Part shown: positions 1 through 7,915 of the stretch, in pieces
Position numbering within the stretch: the first letter of the stretch is position 1
Layout: every line of letters begins with the position of its first letter
Source of the DNA: Candidatus Pelearchaeum maunauluense
GTDB taxonomy: Archaea > Thermoproteota > Nitrososphaeria_A > Caldarchaeales > Caldarchaeaceae
Direction of reading: 5' to 3'
Assembly: GCA_030059675.1 (NCBI GenBank)
Contig: JANVYQ010000012.1
Span: 1 to 49,476, forward strand
DNA: 49,476 nucleotides
The notes under the pieces: generated by a model
Told to the model about the DNA's origin: nothing
The model's input: the letters and a program-made list of their open reading frames with translations, nothing else
Databases searched by the model: none
Made by a program: the position numbers and the translations under genes

Positions 1-82
1 CCCCTCCATCTGAAGTCTATCTATCTCGAAACTGCTGACTACGGCATCACCAGCGCCGGCATGGGCATACACCCTATCCGCG

Positions 83-352
83 TTGGGCGCTCTACTAATT
101 ATCACAGGAGTCCTAGGCTTCTCAAGCCTCGGCATGGGCTGGATGAAAATATTCGGCGCGCTCACGGCTATATACGGCATAATAATGCTGGCCATAGGAT
201 GGCTGATGCTTAATGGAGCAGCGCCGATGATGGTGGGCTCGCTGGCATCTGGCGTGGCTATGCTAGTAATCGGTGCGGCGATGCTCGCAAACGGCCTGGC
301 GATGGCAGCGCAGGCTGGAAAGCGGAAAGGTATGATTATGCAACCACACTAA
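83..352 (+). CDS. small membrane protein (about 3 TM), unknown function; start uncertain
   Basis: 89-aa Gly/Ala/Met-rich hydrophobic ORF. Confidence 0.5.
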   Translation: MGALLIITGVLGFSSLGMGWMKIFGALTAIYGIIMLAIGWLMLNGAAPMMVGSLASGVAMLVIGAAMLANGLAMAAQAGKRKGMIMQPH

Positions 353-390
353 GCCAATAGAGTTTTATCCACCTCTTCTACAATCCTAAC

Positions 391-786
391 TTGATGGAAA
401 GAGCGACTGACCTGCTAGCTGACGCCGAGGATTTCTTGGGAGCTGCTCAAGACCTGCTGGCAACTGGAAGATGGAGTAAGGTCTGCTTCAACGCACAGCA
501 GGCAGCAGAACTAGCGCTTACGGCTGTTCTCCATAAGCTCGGTATAGAGAGACGCGGCCACGCCTTAACAGAGTTGCTTGATGAAATATCTAGAAACCTA
601 AGCGAAGTAGAGCGCTTCAAAGACCATGCACGGCTATTAGACCAATACTACATACCAACACGATACGCTAACGCATTCGCGTCGGGGCCTGCAAAGGATA
701 AGTATACGAAAGCACAGGCCGAGGAGGCTCTTCGCATATCTTCAGAGATCCTAGATTGGGCGAGGAAGATTGTCCTTCAAGGATAA
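391..786 (+). CDS. HEPN domain protein (HEPN-MNT pair 1)
   Basis: CFNAQQAAE..L, LDQYYIPTRY motifs; overlaps downstream MNT. Confidence 0.9.
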   Translation: MMERATDLLADAEDFLGAAQDLLATGRWSKVCFNAQQAAELALTAVLHKLGIERRGHALTELLDEISRNLSEVERFKDHARLLDQYYIPTRYANAFASGPAKDKYTKAQAEEALRISSEILDWARKIVLQG

Positions 787-1204
787 ACTTAGAATAAAGG
801 CACTGGAGCTTGCGCGCGAGTTCATGGAGAAAATATCTCAGCAGAAGATTAAGGTAAGGTCAATCGTCCTCTTCGGCTCCTACGTTAGGGGGGATTTTAC
901 CGAAAACAGCGATATAGACATCTGCTTGATTGGCGAGAACCTACCCAGCGACGAGCTTGAAAGAAGAAGCATGAGAGGCTTCTACTCAGCTCCTAAGCTA
1001 AGCGTAATAGCGTACACACCAGACGAGTTCCTGACAATGCTCAAAGATCTAAACCCAGTAGTCATGGACATAGTTCATGAGGGCTTGGCATTGTTTGATG
1101 ATGGTTTTTTCGACGAGGCGCGGCAGCTCTTTAGGGAGCTTCAGAAAAAGTATTCAATTATCCGCGATGGTAAGGCTTGGAGGTGGAGGCAAGAAGCATA
1201 CTAA
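770..1204 (+). CDS. minimal nucleotidyltransferase (MNT)
   Basis: LFGSYVRGDFTENSDIDI = GS..RG...SDxD motif. Confidence 0.9.
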   Translation: MSFKDKLRIKALELAREFMEKISQQKIKVRSIVLFGSYVRGDFTENSDIDICLIGENLPSDELERRSMRGFYSAPKLSVIAYTPDEFLTMLKDLNPVVMDIVHEGLALFDDGFFDEARQLFRELQKKYSIIRDGKAWRWRQEAY

Positions 1205-1219
1205 GCCCCCTGGTTCTTT

Positions 1220-2419
1220 TTATGCCTCTAGGGCTAGCGACATAGCGCCGCCGCCTCCGTGGCATATCGTCGCGAGGCCTCTGCTCAGTTTATTCCGCCT
1301 CAACGCATTTACAAGCGTCATAACTATCCGCGCCCCTGAAGCGCCTAGTGGATGGCCCAGAGCTATAGCGCCGCCATAGATGTTTAGTTTCTCAAACGGA
1401 ATCCCAAGTGTGCGCGCTACTATTATGCTCGACACCGCGAACGCCTCGTTATGCTCAAAGAGGTCGAAGTCTCCTATCCTCATGTCCAGTTTCCTTAATA
1501 GTTTGCGTGTGGCTGGTATGGGGGCTTCGGGGAAGTTTTCTATATCCAGGCCTGCCCACGTGTAGCCGAGTATTCTAGCTAGGGGCTTTAGACCATATTC
1601 GCTTACCGCCTTGTCGCTTGCCAGAACCAGCGCTGCGGCGCCATCCGAAAGCTGCGGCGAGTTGCCCGCAGTTATTATCTCGCCCCCCCTAATAGCTGGG
1701 GGAAGCTGGCTCAGCTTCTCAAGGGTTGTGTCAGGCCTTATCCCCTCGTCATGCTCAAGCCTCACACGCCGCGAACCTACGAGAATATCAACAGGCGTTA
1801 TCTCCTCGTTGAAGTATCCGCTGGTAGTTGCCCTATACGCCTTTAAGTGGCTATTAAGAGAGAACTCATCAGCCTCGCGGCGTGTAACGCCTTTTGCCCT
1901 GGCTATGCGCTCAGCAATCTCAATCATGCTCTTCCCATCGTGGAAATTCACCAAACCGTCGCGTGTCATGCTATCTATGAGCGGTGGCCCAGCCTCGTAG
2001 AGAAGCTTCACACCGCTCCTTATGTCTGGCGTGAGCAGGAAAGGCGCCCTACTCATACTCTCCATACCGCCTGCAACGACTATCTCGGCGTCTCCCGAAA
2101 TTATTGCTGACGCTGCATTAGATATTGCCTTCATCCCAGACGCGCATACCTTATTGACTGTATAACCATCGACTTGGGGTGGTATTCCAGCATAGTATGC
2201 TGCCTGCCTGGCTGGGTTCTGCCCTATCCCAGCCTGAATCACATTACCCATAATTACTTCATCAACCTGTCCAGGCTCAACACCAGAGCGTTCCAGCGCC
2301 GCTTTGATAGCGATTGCGCCCAGCTTGGGTGCTTCAACATCTGCGAGGCTCTTTAGAAACTTGCCGATAGGGGTGCGCGCGTATCCTACAATCCATACCT
2401 CGCGTGATGCGCGACTCAA
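1220..2419 (-). CDS. acetyl-CoA C-acyltransferase (thiolase)
   Basis: NKVCASG, NEAFA, GHPLGASG, CHGGG thiolase motifs. Confidence 0.95.
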   Translation of the reverse strand: MSRASREVWIVGYARTPIGKFLKSLADVEAPKLGAIAIKAALERSGVEPGQVDEVIMGNVIQAGIGQNPARQAAYYAGIPPQVDGYTVNKVCASGMKAISNAASAIISGDAEIVVAGGMESMSRAPFLLTPDIRSGVKLLYEAGPPLIDSMTRDGLVNFHDGKSMIEIAERIARAKGVTRREADEFSLNSHLKAYRATTSGYFNEEITPVDILVGSRRVRLEHDEGIRPDTTLEKLSQLPPAIRGGEIITAGNSPQLSDGAAALVLASDKAVSEYGLKPLARILGYTWAGLDIENFPEAPIPATRKLLRKLDMRIGDFDLFEHNEAFAVSSIIVARTLGIPFEKLNIYGGAIALGHPLGASGARIVMTLVNALRRNKLSRGLATICHGGGGAMSLALEA

Positions 2420-2541
2420 CGCCTCAATAACCTATTCTATGATTTTGCGGGATTTAAGATAATCACGGCATACAACCTTTGACGAAACGCGATTAGCCCA
2501 AAAGGTCTATTTGCAGGCGTAGGATAATACTCGCCGCGGTC

Positions 2542-3405
2542 ATGAGTAGGAAGATAGCCGTGCTGGGAGCAGGGCTGATGGGGCATGGCATAGCGCAGGT
2601 CGCGGCGCAGGTAGCTGGATACGAGGTCAACCTAGTTGATGTTGAACAGAAATACCTAGAGAAGGGTATAGAAGCCATAAGATGGAGCCTAGACAGGTTT
2701 GTGAATAAAGGGCAACTACGCAAGGAAGATGCGGAGAAGGTTCTGAAACGAATACATCCAACGACGAGCTATGAAGACGCGTGCTCAGATGTTGAGCTTG
2801 TGATAGAGGCTGTTCCAGAGGATGTGGAGATTAAGAAGAGTGTGTGGAGGAAGGTTGATGAGCTGGCGGGAAAAGATACGGTATTCGCCAGCAATACCTC
2901 GTCCATAAGCATAACCCTACTCGCATCATTCACGTCAAGGCCTGAGAAGTTCTGCGGGATGCACTTCTTTAATCCACCACAACTTATGCGGCTGGTTGAA
3001 ATAATACGCGGCAGACTCACGTCTGACGAGACGCTGGAATACGCTAAGAAGATAGCCAGCGAGATGGGAAAGGAATATGTTACGGTGAATAAGGATGTGG
3101 CGGGCTTCATAGTCAACCGAATCCTAGTCCCAGCCCTCAACGAGGCGGTGCAATTGGTTTACGAGGGTGTAGCGTCGCCCGAAGATATAGACAGAGCGGT
3201 AAAGCTCGGCCTCAACTGGCCCATGGGGCCTATAGAGCTGTTAGACTACGTGGGAATAGACACCACGCTCCATATCTTGGAGGTCTTCCAACGTGATTTC
3301 GGAGACCCCAGGTATAGGCCCTCGCCGCTTATGCTGGAGATGGTGAGAGCTGGGCTATATGGGCGGAAATCTGGCCGCGGCTTCTACAAATACGACAAAC
3401 GATAA
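2542..3405 (+). CDS. 3-hydroxyacyl(butyryl)-CoA dehydrogenase
   Basis: GAGLMG Rossmann motif, EAVPE, SNTSS, MHFFNP, GFIVNR, PMGP. Confidence 0.95.
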   Translation: MSRKIAVLGAGLMGHGIAQVAAQVAGYEVNLVDVEQKYLEKGIEAIRWSLDRFVNKGQLRKEDAEKVLKRIHPTTSYEDACSDVELVIEAVPEDVEIKKSVWRKVDELAGKDTVFASNTSSISITLLASFTSRPEKFCGMHFFNPPQLMRLVEIIRGRLTSDETLEYAKKIASEMGKEYVTVNKDVAGFIVNRILVPALNEAVQLVYEGVASPEDIDRAVKLGLNWPMGPIELLDYVGIDTTLHILEVFQRDFGDPRYRPSPLMLEMVRAGLYGRKSGRGFYKYDKR

Positions 3406-3409
3406 AAAA

Positions 3410-3694
3410 TTACTGCCGAACAAGATAGACGAATATAGAGAAGCCAGCCAGGCCGAGTAGATTCAGTATCAACAGGGGATACGCCAAGTCGGCTGAATAG
3501 TCCCACGCCATAGAGTAGAAAATATACGCCGCATAGACATTCTGTACTAGGAATATCCCAGTAAGGGCTAGGAGAGAATTCACAAACCTAGACCTAACTA
3601 TGCGTCTAGTCAGCATGTACGTCTTGAAGACGTAGAGGAGGGCAAAGGCTATCAGCAGAGAGACGACTATGTTCATTACCCAGAGCGGTCCCAT
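3410..3694 (-). CDS. small 3-TM membrane protein coupled to wHTH regulator
   Basis: hydrophobic 94-aa ORF overlapping upstream regulator. Confidence 0.7.
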   Translation of the reverse strand: MGPLWVMNIVVSLLIAFALLYVFKTYMLTRRIVRSRFVNSLLALTGIFLVQNVYAAYIFYSMAWDYSADLAYPLLILNLLGLAGFSIFVYLVRQ

Positions 3695-4038
3695 GCCTTC
3701 TCCCTCACCTCACCCACCTTAATCCCAGCCTCGCGGATTATTGAGTCAATCAAATCCATGTTATCCAACAGCTCTGGAGAAAGATGGTATGTTATGTTAT
3801 ACTTCTCACCATGCGCGACTACCATCCTATTCTCCATCAAGACATCAAGGTGGTGCTGTACCGTTTTGTAGTTCAGGCCCAGCTTGGTGGCGAGCTGGTT
3901 AGCGTTAGCAGGCGCCTGTCTAAGGGCCGTGATTATCATGAGCCGTTTACGGCCGCCCTTAGACCCGACAAGCAGCCACCAGAACAGCTTCCGCAACGGC
4001 TTGTAAGGCTGTCCCAAGCCATAAACAGAGATACGCAA
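3676..4038 (-). CDS. ArsR-like winged helix-turn-helix regulator
   Basis: GG..RL.II..L...PANANQLA..LGLNYKTVQHHLDVL. Confidence 0.85.
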   Translation of the reverse strand: MRISVYGLGQPYKPLRKLFWWLLVGSKGGRKRLMIITALRQAPANANQLATKLGLNYKTVQHHLDVLMENRMVVAHGEKYNITYHLSPELLDNMDLIDSIIREAGIKVGEVREKAWDRSG

Positions 4039-4453
4039 CAGTCTTTAAGCTTTACCTATAATACCCGCGTGGCTTCTAGAGGTCCAAGACGTGGAGGTTT
4101 AGCAGGTGTATTAAGCCCACGAGCCCGGCTGCGGCGGATATTCATGCTGCTGCCTCTATAAGCTCCTCCAGGCTCACGCCCAGCTGGAGTGCTGCTCCTA
4201 TGAGCATCTTGCTTACAGCACCGCTCCGCGCCCGCTCTGCTACATGCCGCGTAAAGATAGGAAGATCCCCCGTCTTTCACCAAAGCTAGACCATCTTAAG
4301 CCAGCCTCCACCTCCCTAATCATCCCCTCAGAAATACCGACCAGAGATAGAAATCTACGCCAGACATCGCTACATGCCGGACACCCATGAGCCAAAACAA
4401 CCTCATATGCGATAAGCCGCTCAACCTCCCTACTCAAAGCCAACAACCCTTAA

Positions 4454-4475
4454 ATAACAAACAGCCCAAAAACAC
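4454..4475 (+). repeat. 22-bp direct repeat, copy 1 (ATAACAAACAGCCCAAAAACAC), preceded by CTTAA
   Basis: exact match to 5018..5039. Confidence 0.95.
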
Positions 4476-5017
4476 CAGCGGGTATTTCTACGGTTTCTGA
4501 ATAGTTAACCTTTATATAACGTTTTTTTAGTCAATACCCAGTTGTGGAATTAACGCTTTCGGTACCTTTCAGCTACGAGCCAAACGATGAAATTAGGAGG
4601 CTTCCGGAGGATTTCAGGGACATGGTGAACTTCTGCATTGAGAAAGCTTCAAAGCACAACGTTACCGGCTTCGCCAAGCTCAGAAAGCTGGTTTATGGCG
4701 AATGGAAGTCTAGGTGGGATTATTCAACCCACCACTGCCACTCCGCGTGCAGGGCTGCCACCTCTATGCCTAAGAGCTGGAGAAGGCTCAAACGTAAAGG
4801 AATCGCTAAAAGCGATAAGCCAATAGCTAGAAAACTCCTCATACAACTGGATTCTCTGCTCGTGAAATATGAGGGGGATAGGCCTAGAATATCGGTCAAG
4901 CCCAGAAAGCTTCTATACATTCAGCTGAGGTATGGCGATCACCAGAGGAGGTTCATGGAGGAGTGGAAAGTCAACTATCCGACAACGGCCGTGAGAACCT
5001 AGATGAAACACACCCAC
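4476..5017 (+). mobile_element. internally deleted IS200/IS605-type (tnpB-only) element
   Basis: bounded by the 22-bp direct repeats; own TATA-like TTTATATA near 4510; carries TnpB N-terminal fragment; short GGGTATT/AATACCC inverted repeat at left end. Confidence 0.7.
4544..5002 (+). pseudogene. tnpB: TnpB N-terminal (WED/REC) fragment, RuvC missing
   Basis: FRDMVNFCIE, LRKLVY.EWK, YSTHHCHSACR.A, KSWRR resemble archaeal TnpB N-termini; ORF ends before any RuvC-I motif. Confidence 0.75.
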
Positions 5018-5039
5018 ATAACAAACAGCCCAAAAACAC
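5018..5039 (+). repeat. 22-bp direct repeat, copy 2, 4 nt upstream of tRNA-Phe
   Basis: exact match to 4454..4475. Confidence 0.95.
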
Positions 5040-5043
5040 GGCA

Positions 5044-5120
5044 GCCCCGGTAGCTCAGACAGGGAGAGCGCCCGGCTGAAGACCGGGATGCCGCAGGTTC
5101 AAGTCCTGCCCGGGGCACCA
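5044..5120 (+). tRNA. tRNA-Phe(GAA), CCA encoded
   Basis: GCCCCGG/CCGGGGC acceptor stem, CCCGG-CTGAAGA-CCGGG anticodon arm, GGTTCAAGTCC T-arm. Confidence 0.97.
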
Positions 5121-5150
5121 CCCCCGCAAAAACCGACCAAAACGGCGCAA

Positions 5151-5198
5151 CTTTTCCTTTTTCCATCAAGTCCCATAACAGCGAGAAAATAGAAAATA
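5151..5198. terminator. convergent T-tract terminators (tRNA-Phe on +, TnpB unit on -)
   Basis: CTTTTCCTTTTT on + and TATTTTCTATTTTCT on -. Confidence 0.5.
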
Positions 5199-5470
5199 GG
5201 AGAGGAGAAGGGGGTTTCAGCGATGGTGAGCGTAGCCTCTCCTCCGACGCGGCCCTCGCTTACGGCTCTCCCGACAGGGAGAACACCCGGCTCTGCCGCC
5301 TGCTATGTCAACAACCCCACCGCAGGGGCTGACGGCCCAAGCGTTGGCTGGTCACCGCCACCCTCCATCGGCGAAAGGTTCATTAGCAACCCCCGCCCAA
5401 GTAGGCCCCGAGGTCCCGCTTCCTCGGGGTACTTGGGGGGGTTGCCTCCCCTTTCCCTCCGAGTAGCGGG
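5199..5470 (-). ncRNA. structured 3' RNA overlapping the end of the tnpB-like ORF (omega/reRNA-like candidate)
   Basis: long nested stem 5355..5469 with inner hairpin 5386..5445, further hairpins, and TCAC (right-end-like) at 5226..5229. Confidence 0.6.
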
Positions 5471-6276
5471 CCCTTGTTTTCGGGGCCTTGGGCGAGGGCT
5501 TTCTCGATTGCCGTCGTGTGCGAGTCTAGTGCTTGTTTGTATTCTCTGAGCTGTCTTCCTAGGTGGGTGTCTAGGTAGTGGAAGCTGTTTAGGACCAGCG
5601 CGGTTCTGGCTATATTTCGTACGGCGATATGGTCCCTGTCGTCTCTGAAGCCGCAGCGTCTGCAGGCGAGTCTATCCCACCTGCCTGCTTCATGCGTCAT
5701 AAGCTCGTTGCAGATTGGGCAGATGGTACTGGTGTAGTGCGGTGGAATGGTTATCAGCTTCCCCGTCTTCTCAGCCACCCTGCGTATGCGCCGTAGCAGC
5801 TTTGCTATAGGCCACGTGCTGAAAAGCATGGCCCTCCCGGGGTCACGCGACTTGAGCTTCGCCCTAAGCCGCCCGGCGTCGAGGTCCTCCATCACTATTG
5901 CGTCTACGCCTGCTGACAGCCTCTTAACTAAGGCTACAGACTTATTGACCCAGTCGTCCTCTAGGTTCTTGGCGTATCTTAGCCATGATGTTGCCGGTCT
6001 GCGGTGTATCTTCATCGAGCGCCTGTTAACCTTTCTGACGAAGAGGATTTTATCCACCCGCCTACGCGTCCGCGAGTAGCCCAGTACACGTATGATCTGC
6101 CGGGCTTCAATCTTTGAGGCTATCAAGTCGGAGACGTTAACGTCAACCGCCAGAAGCCTAACCACTCCTAGCCGTGCGTATCGCTCCAGCAGGGCACGGC
6201 AACTTAGCTGCGCCCCGGCCCCCAACCCCTCGAAAGGGCCGGAGCCCATATGTTCAGCTCTCCACCGCCTCGACAT
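5383..6276 (-). CDS. tnpB: TnpB/Cas12f-like RuvC nuclease lacking the N-terminal WED/REC lobe
   Basis: RuvC-I LAVDVN only ~40 aa from start, Arg-rich bridge helix, RuvC-II IVMEDL, YTSTICPIC..CRRC Zn ribbon, RuvC-III DRDHIAVRNI; GGGGAGAG SD before ATG. Confidence 0.85.
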   Translation of the reverse strand: MSRRWRAEHMGSGPFEGLGAGAQLSCRALLERYARLGVVRLLAVDVNVSDLIASKIEARQIIRVLGYSRTRRRVDKILFVRKVNRRSMKIHRRPATSWLRYAKNLEDDWVNKSVALVKRLSAGVDAIVMEDLDAGRLRAKLKSRDPGRAMLFSTWPIAKLLRRIRRVAEKTGKLITIPPHYTSTICPICNELMTHEAGRWDRLACRRCGFRDDRDHIAVRNIARTALVLNSFHYLDTHLGRQLREYKQALDSHTTAIEKALAQGPENKGPLLGGKGEATPPSTPRKRDLGAYLGGGC

Positions 6277-6551
6277 GGCTCTCCCCCTCGCCCCTAGACC
6301 CAGGGACTAGTTGACCCCCAGGTCTTGGGGCGGGACCTGGGGGCCGTAGGTCTAGAGGGTCACGGGAGCGGCCGCTGGTAGTAGTCTCGGCAAATATTAG
6401 AGGGAAACGCTTGAATTTTTTTGGTGTGAGGGCGACTGCCTCACCTTCTTTGAGCAGTCTACTACTGCTCCGTCCCGGCCGGTCGACTGCCGGCCCTTCT
6501 GCCCAGCTAGGCGTGGGCGTTTAGTCCTTCTTCCTCTCCGTGCCTAGCCGC
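6277..6551 (-). ncRNA. ~275-nt structured leader RNA upstream of the tnpB-like ORF
   Basis: stems GCTAGGC/GCCTAGC, GGCCGG/CCGGCC, GTGAGG/CCTCAC, GTAGTAG/CTACTAC, CCCCCAGGTC/GACCTGGGGG, CTAGACC/GGTCTAG; no minus-strand ORF. Confidence 0.6.
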
Positions 6552-6586
6552 TTTTAATACCGCAGAACTGGTATAATAATATTTCA
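6552..6586 (-). promoter_or_regulatory. BRE/TATA-like promoter for the structured-RNA/TnpB unit
   Basis: GAAATATTATTATA about 22-25 nt upstream of the first hairpin; alternative TATTAAAA nearer. Confidence 0.5.
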
Positions 6587-6646
6587 CTTTCAGACATCTC
6601 TCAAGAGCTTAAGTAGTCCCAGCCCCTTAGACTGATTAAATGAAAA

Positions 6647-7915
6647 TTGCTGTTCAGGCGGGTTTCTCTTAACAGGAAGACCGGTGAGGTTAGGATAAGT
6701 GGTAGACGTTTCTACGCCTCGGCGCTCAGCATGGGCGGCTATCTTTTAGAAGATGGGCAAGACCTGCTGAATGTTTTAAGTGACGTCAGATTTGAAGAAC
6801 TGCCAAAGGATCTCACAGTCGTTATTAATATTCTTCCTTCAGAGCAGTTTCATTTACTCGATTACGCTAAAACTTACTTAAAGCGAAACGGCTTTTCCGC
6901 ATCCATAACAATAGAGAGGTCAAAGGATACGCTAATAGATGTTGACAAGTATATCATGGATATGTCATCTTCTCTCAAAAAGCATGGATTTGATCTTGAA
7001 GCTACTTATAGTGATGAACGAGTTACATTTAGGATAAAATACCCCATTTTTGGCGATGAAAACATAGGGCATGTCCTAGAACTCTTTGATAATGCTGTTA
7101 CAGTGGTTAACCGCTTAGCACTAGAAAAAGAAGGTGAGTTAGATAAAGAGGTTAGATACTGGATATACAGGCTAGACATGCTTAATGGACATTATCTGTC
7201 ACAGCTAAGTGGAATAACTGGAATAGCCAGGTGGTTGCTCTGTTCGCTCACGTCCGGAGATGTGGCATACATCCTGCTTGGGATAAGACCAATCTCCTTG
7301 AGCGTTCCTGAAAAAGTGGCTGATAGAATCTTAAATGCATTCCAGTCAAGAAGAGATGAAACGATTAATCGGCTTATTCTGCTCGGTATGCTGAGGCGCG
7401 AGAATGGTCCGCCGAGGCTGGCATGCACATCTGTGGGGGCTAGAGTCAAAAGCCTTATTGAACATATTCTCTCAATGCGAGAACATAAGACGAGCCGTCA
7501 CCAGCTCGCTAGATATGACCCTCTAGAACTTCTCAACTATATTGCTAGAAATTTTGCTCCTTTAGCGATTTCTAAAAGTCGTAGACTAAGGAGAAACAGA
7601 GAAGGCCTCTACATGTATGCCAATAAAATGCTTAGTGAACTTACGTTTATCCATGTAGCGGTTTTGACATGTTTGTATTGGCGGCTAGATGTGCCCGAAT
7701 CTGTGTTAGAAGAAACATTTAACACGCTTACGCGCTTAGGCTTCATAAGCTATAAAGGAAGAATAAATCCATTTGGCGAGTGGTTAGTAAGTCTTGTTAA
7801 AGGATACCTCAGGAAAAGCGGATTAAGAATGTACCCATATACACAGAAGTACTGGAGTAGTATATTTGACTGGGGATGTTTGTATGGTTCTTTCAAAAAT
7901 GCTTTTGGGAGATGA
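6647..7915 (+). CDS. hypothetical protein, 422 aa, possible wHTH-like segments in C-terminal half
   Basis: long intact ORF, AT-richer than flanks; no family recognised. Confidence 0.75.
   Translation: MLFRRVSLNRKTGEVRISGRRFYASALSMGGYLLEDGQDLLNVLSDVRFEELPKDLTVVINILPSEQFHLLDYAKTYLKRNGFSASITIERSKDTLIDVDKYIMDMSSSLKKHGFDLEATYSDERVTFRIKYPIFGDENIGHVLELFDNAVTVVNRLALEKEGELDKEVRYWIYRLDMLNGHYLSQLSGITGIARWLLCSLTSGDVAYILLGIRPISLSVPEKVADRILNAFQSRRDETINRLILLGMLRRENGPPRLACTSVGARVKSLIEHILSMREHKTSRHQLARYDPLELLNYIARNFAPLAISKSRRLRRNREGLYMYANKMLSELTFIHVAVLTCLYWRLDVPESVLEETFNTLTRLGFISYKGRINPFGEWLVSLVKGYLRKSGLRMYPYTQKYWSSIFDWGCLYGSFKNAFGR

Noticed and set aside
4056-4446. Short minus-strand ORFs upstream of the TnpB remnant as a possible tnpA
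   Set aside because: No HUH/Y1 or serine-recombinase motifs; multiple stops.
5226-5271. GGAGAGCCGTAAGCG resembles the start of group II intron domain V
   Set aside because: The 3' strand of DV (ACGTACGGTTC-like) is missing and there is no RT ORF.
6304-6388. Group I intron (IStron) core: GAGACTA and TAGTCC on the - strand resemble P7
   Set aside because: No AAGATA-type J8/7, no convincing P3/P4/P6, and both segments fit alternative stems; a covariance-model search would settle it.
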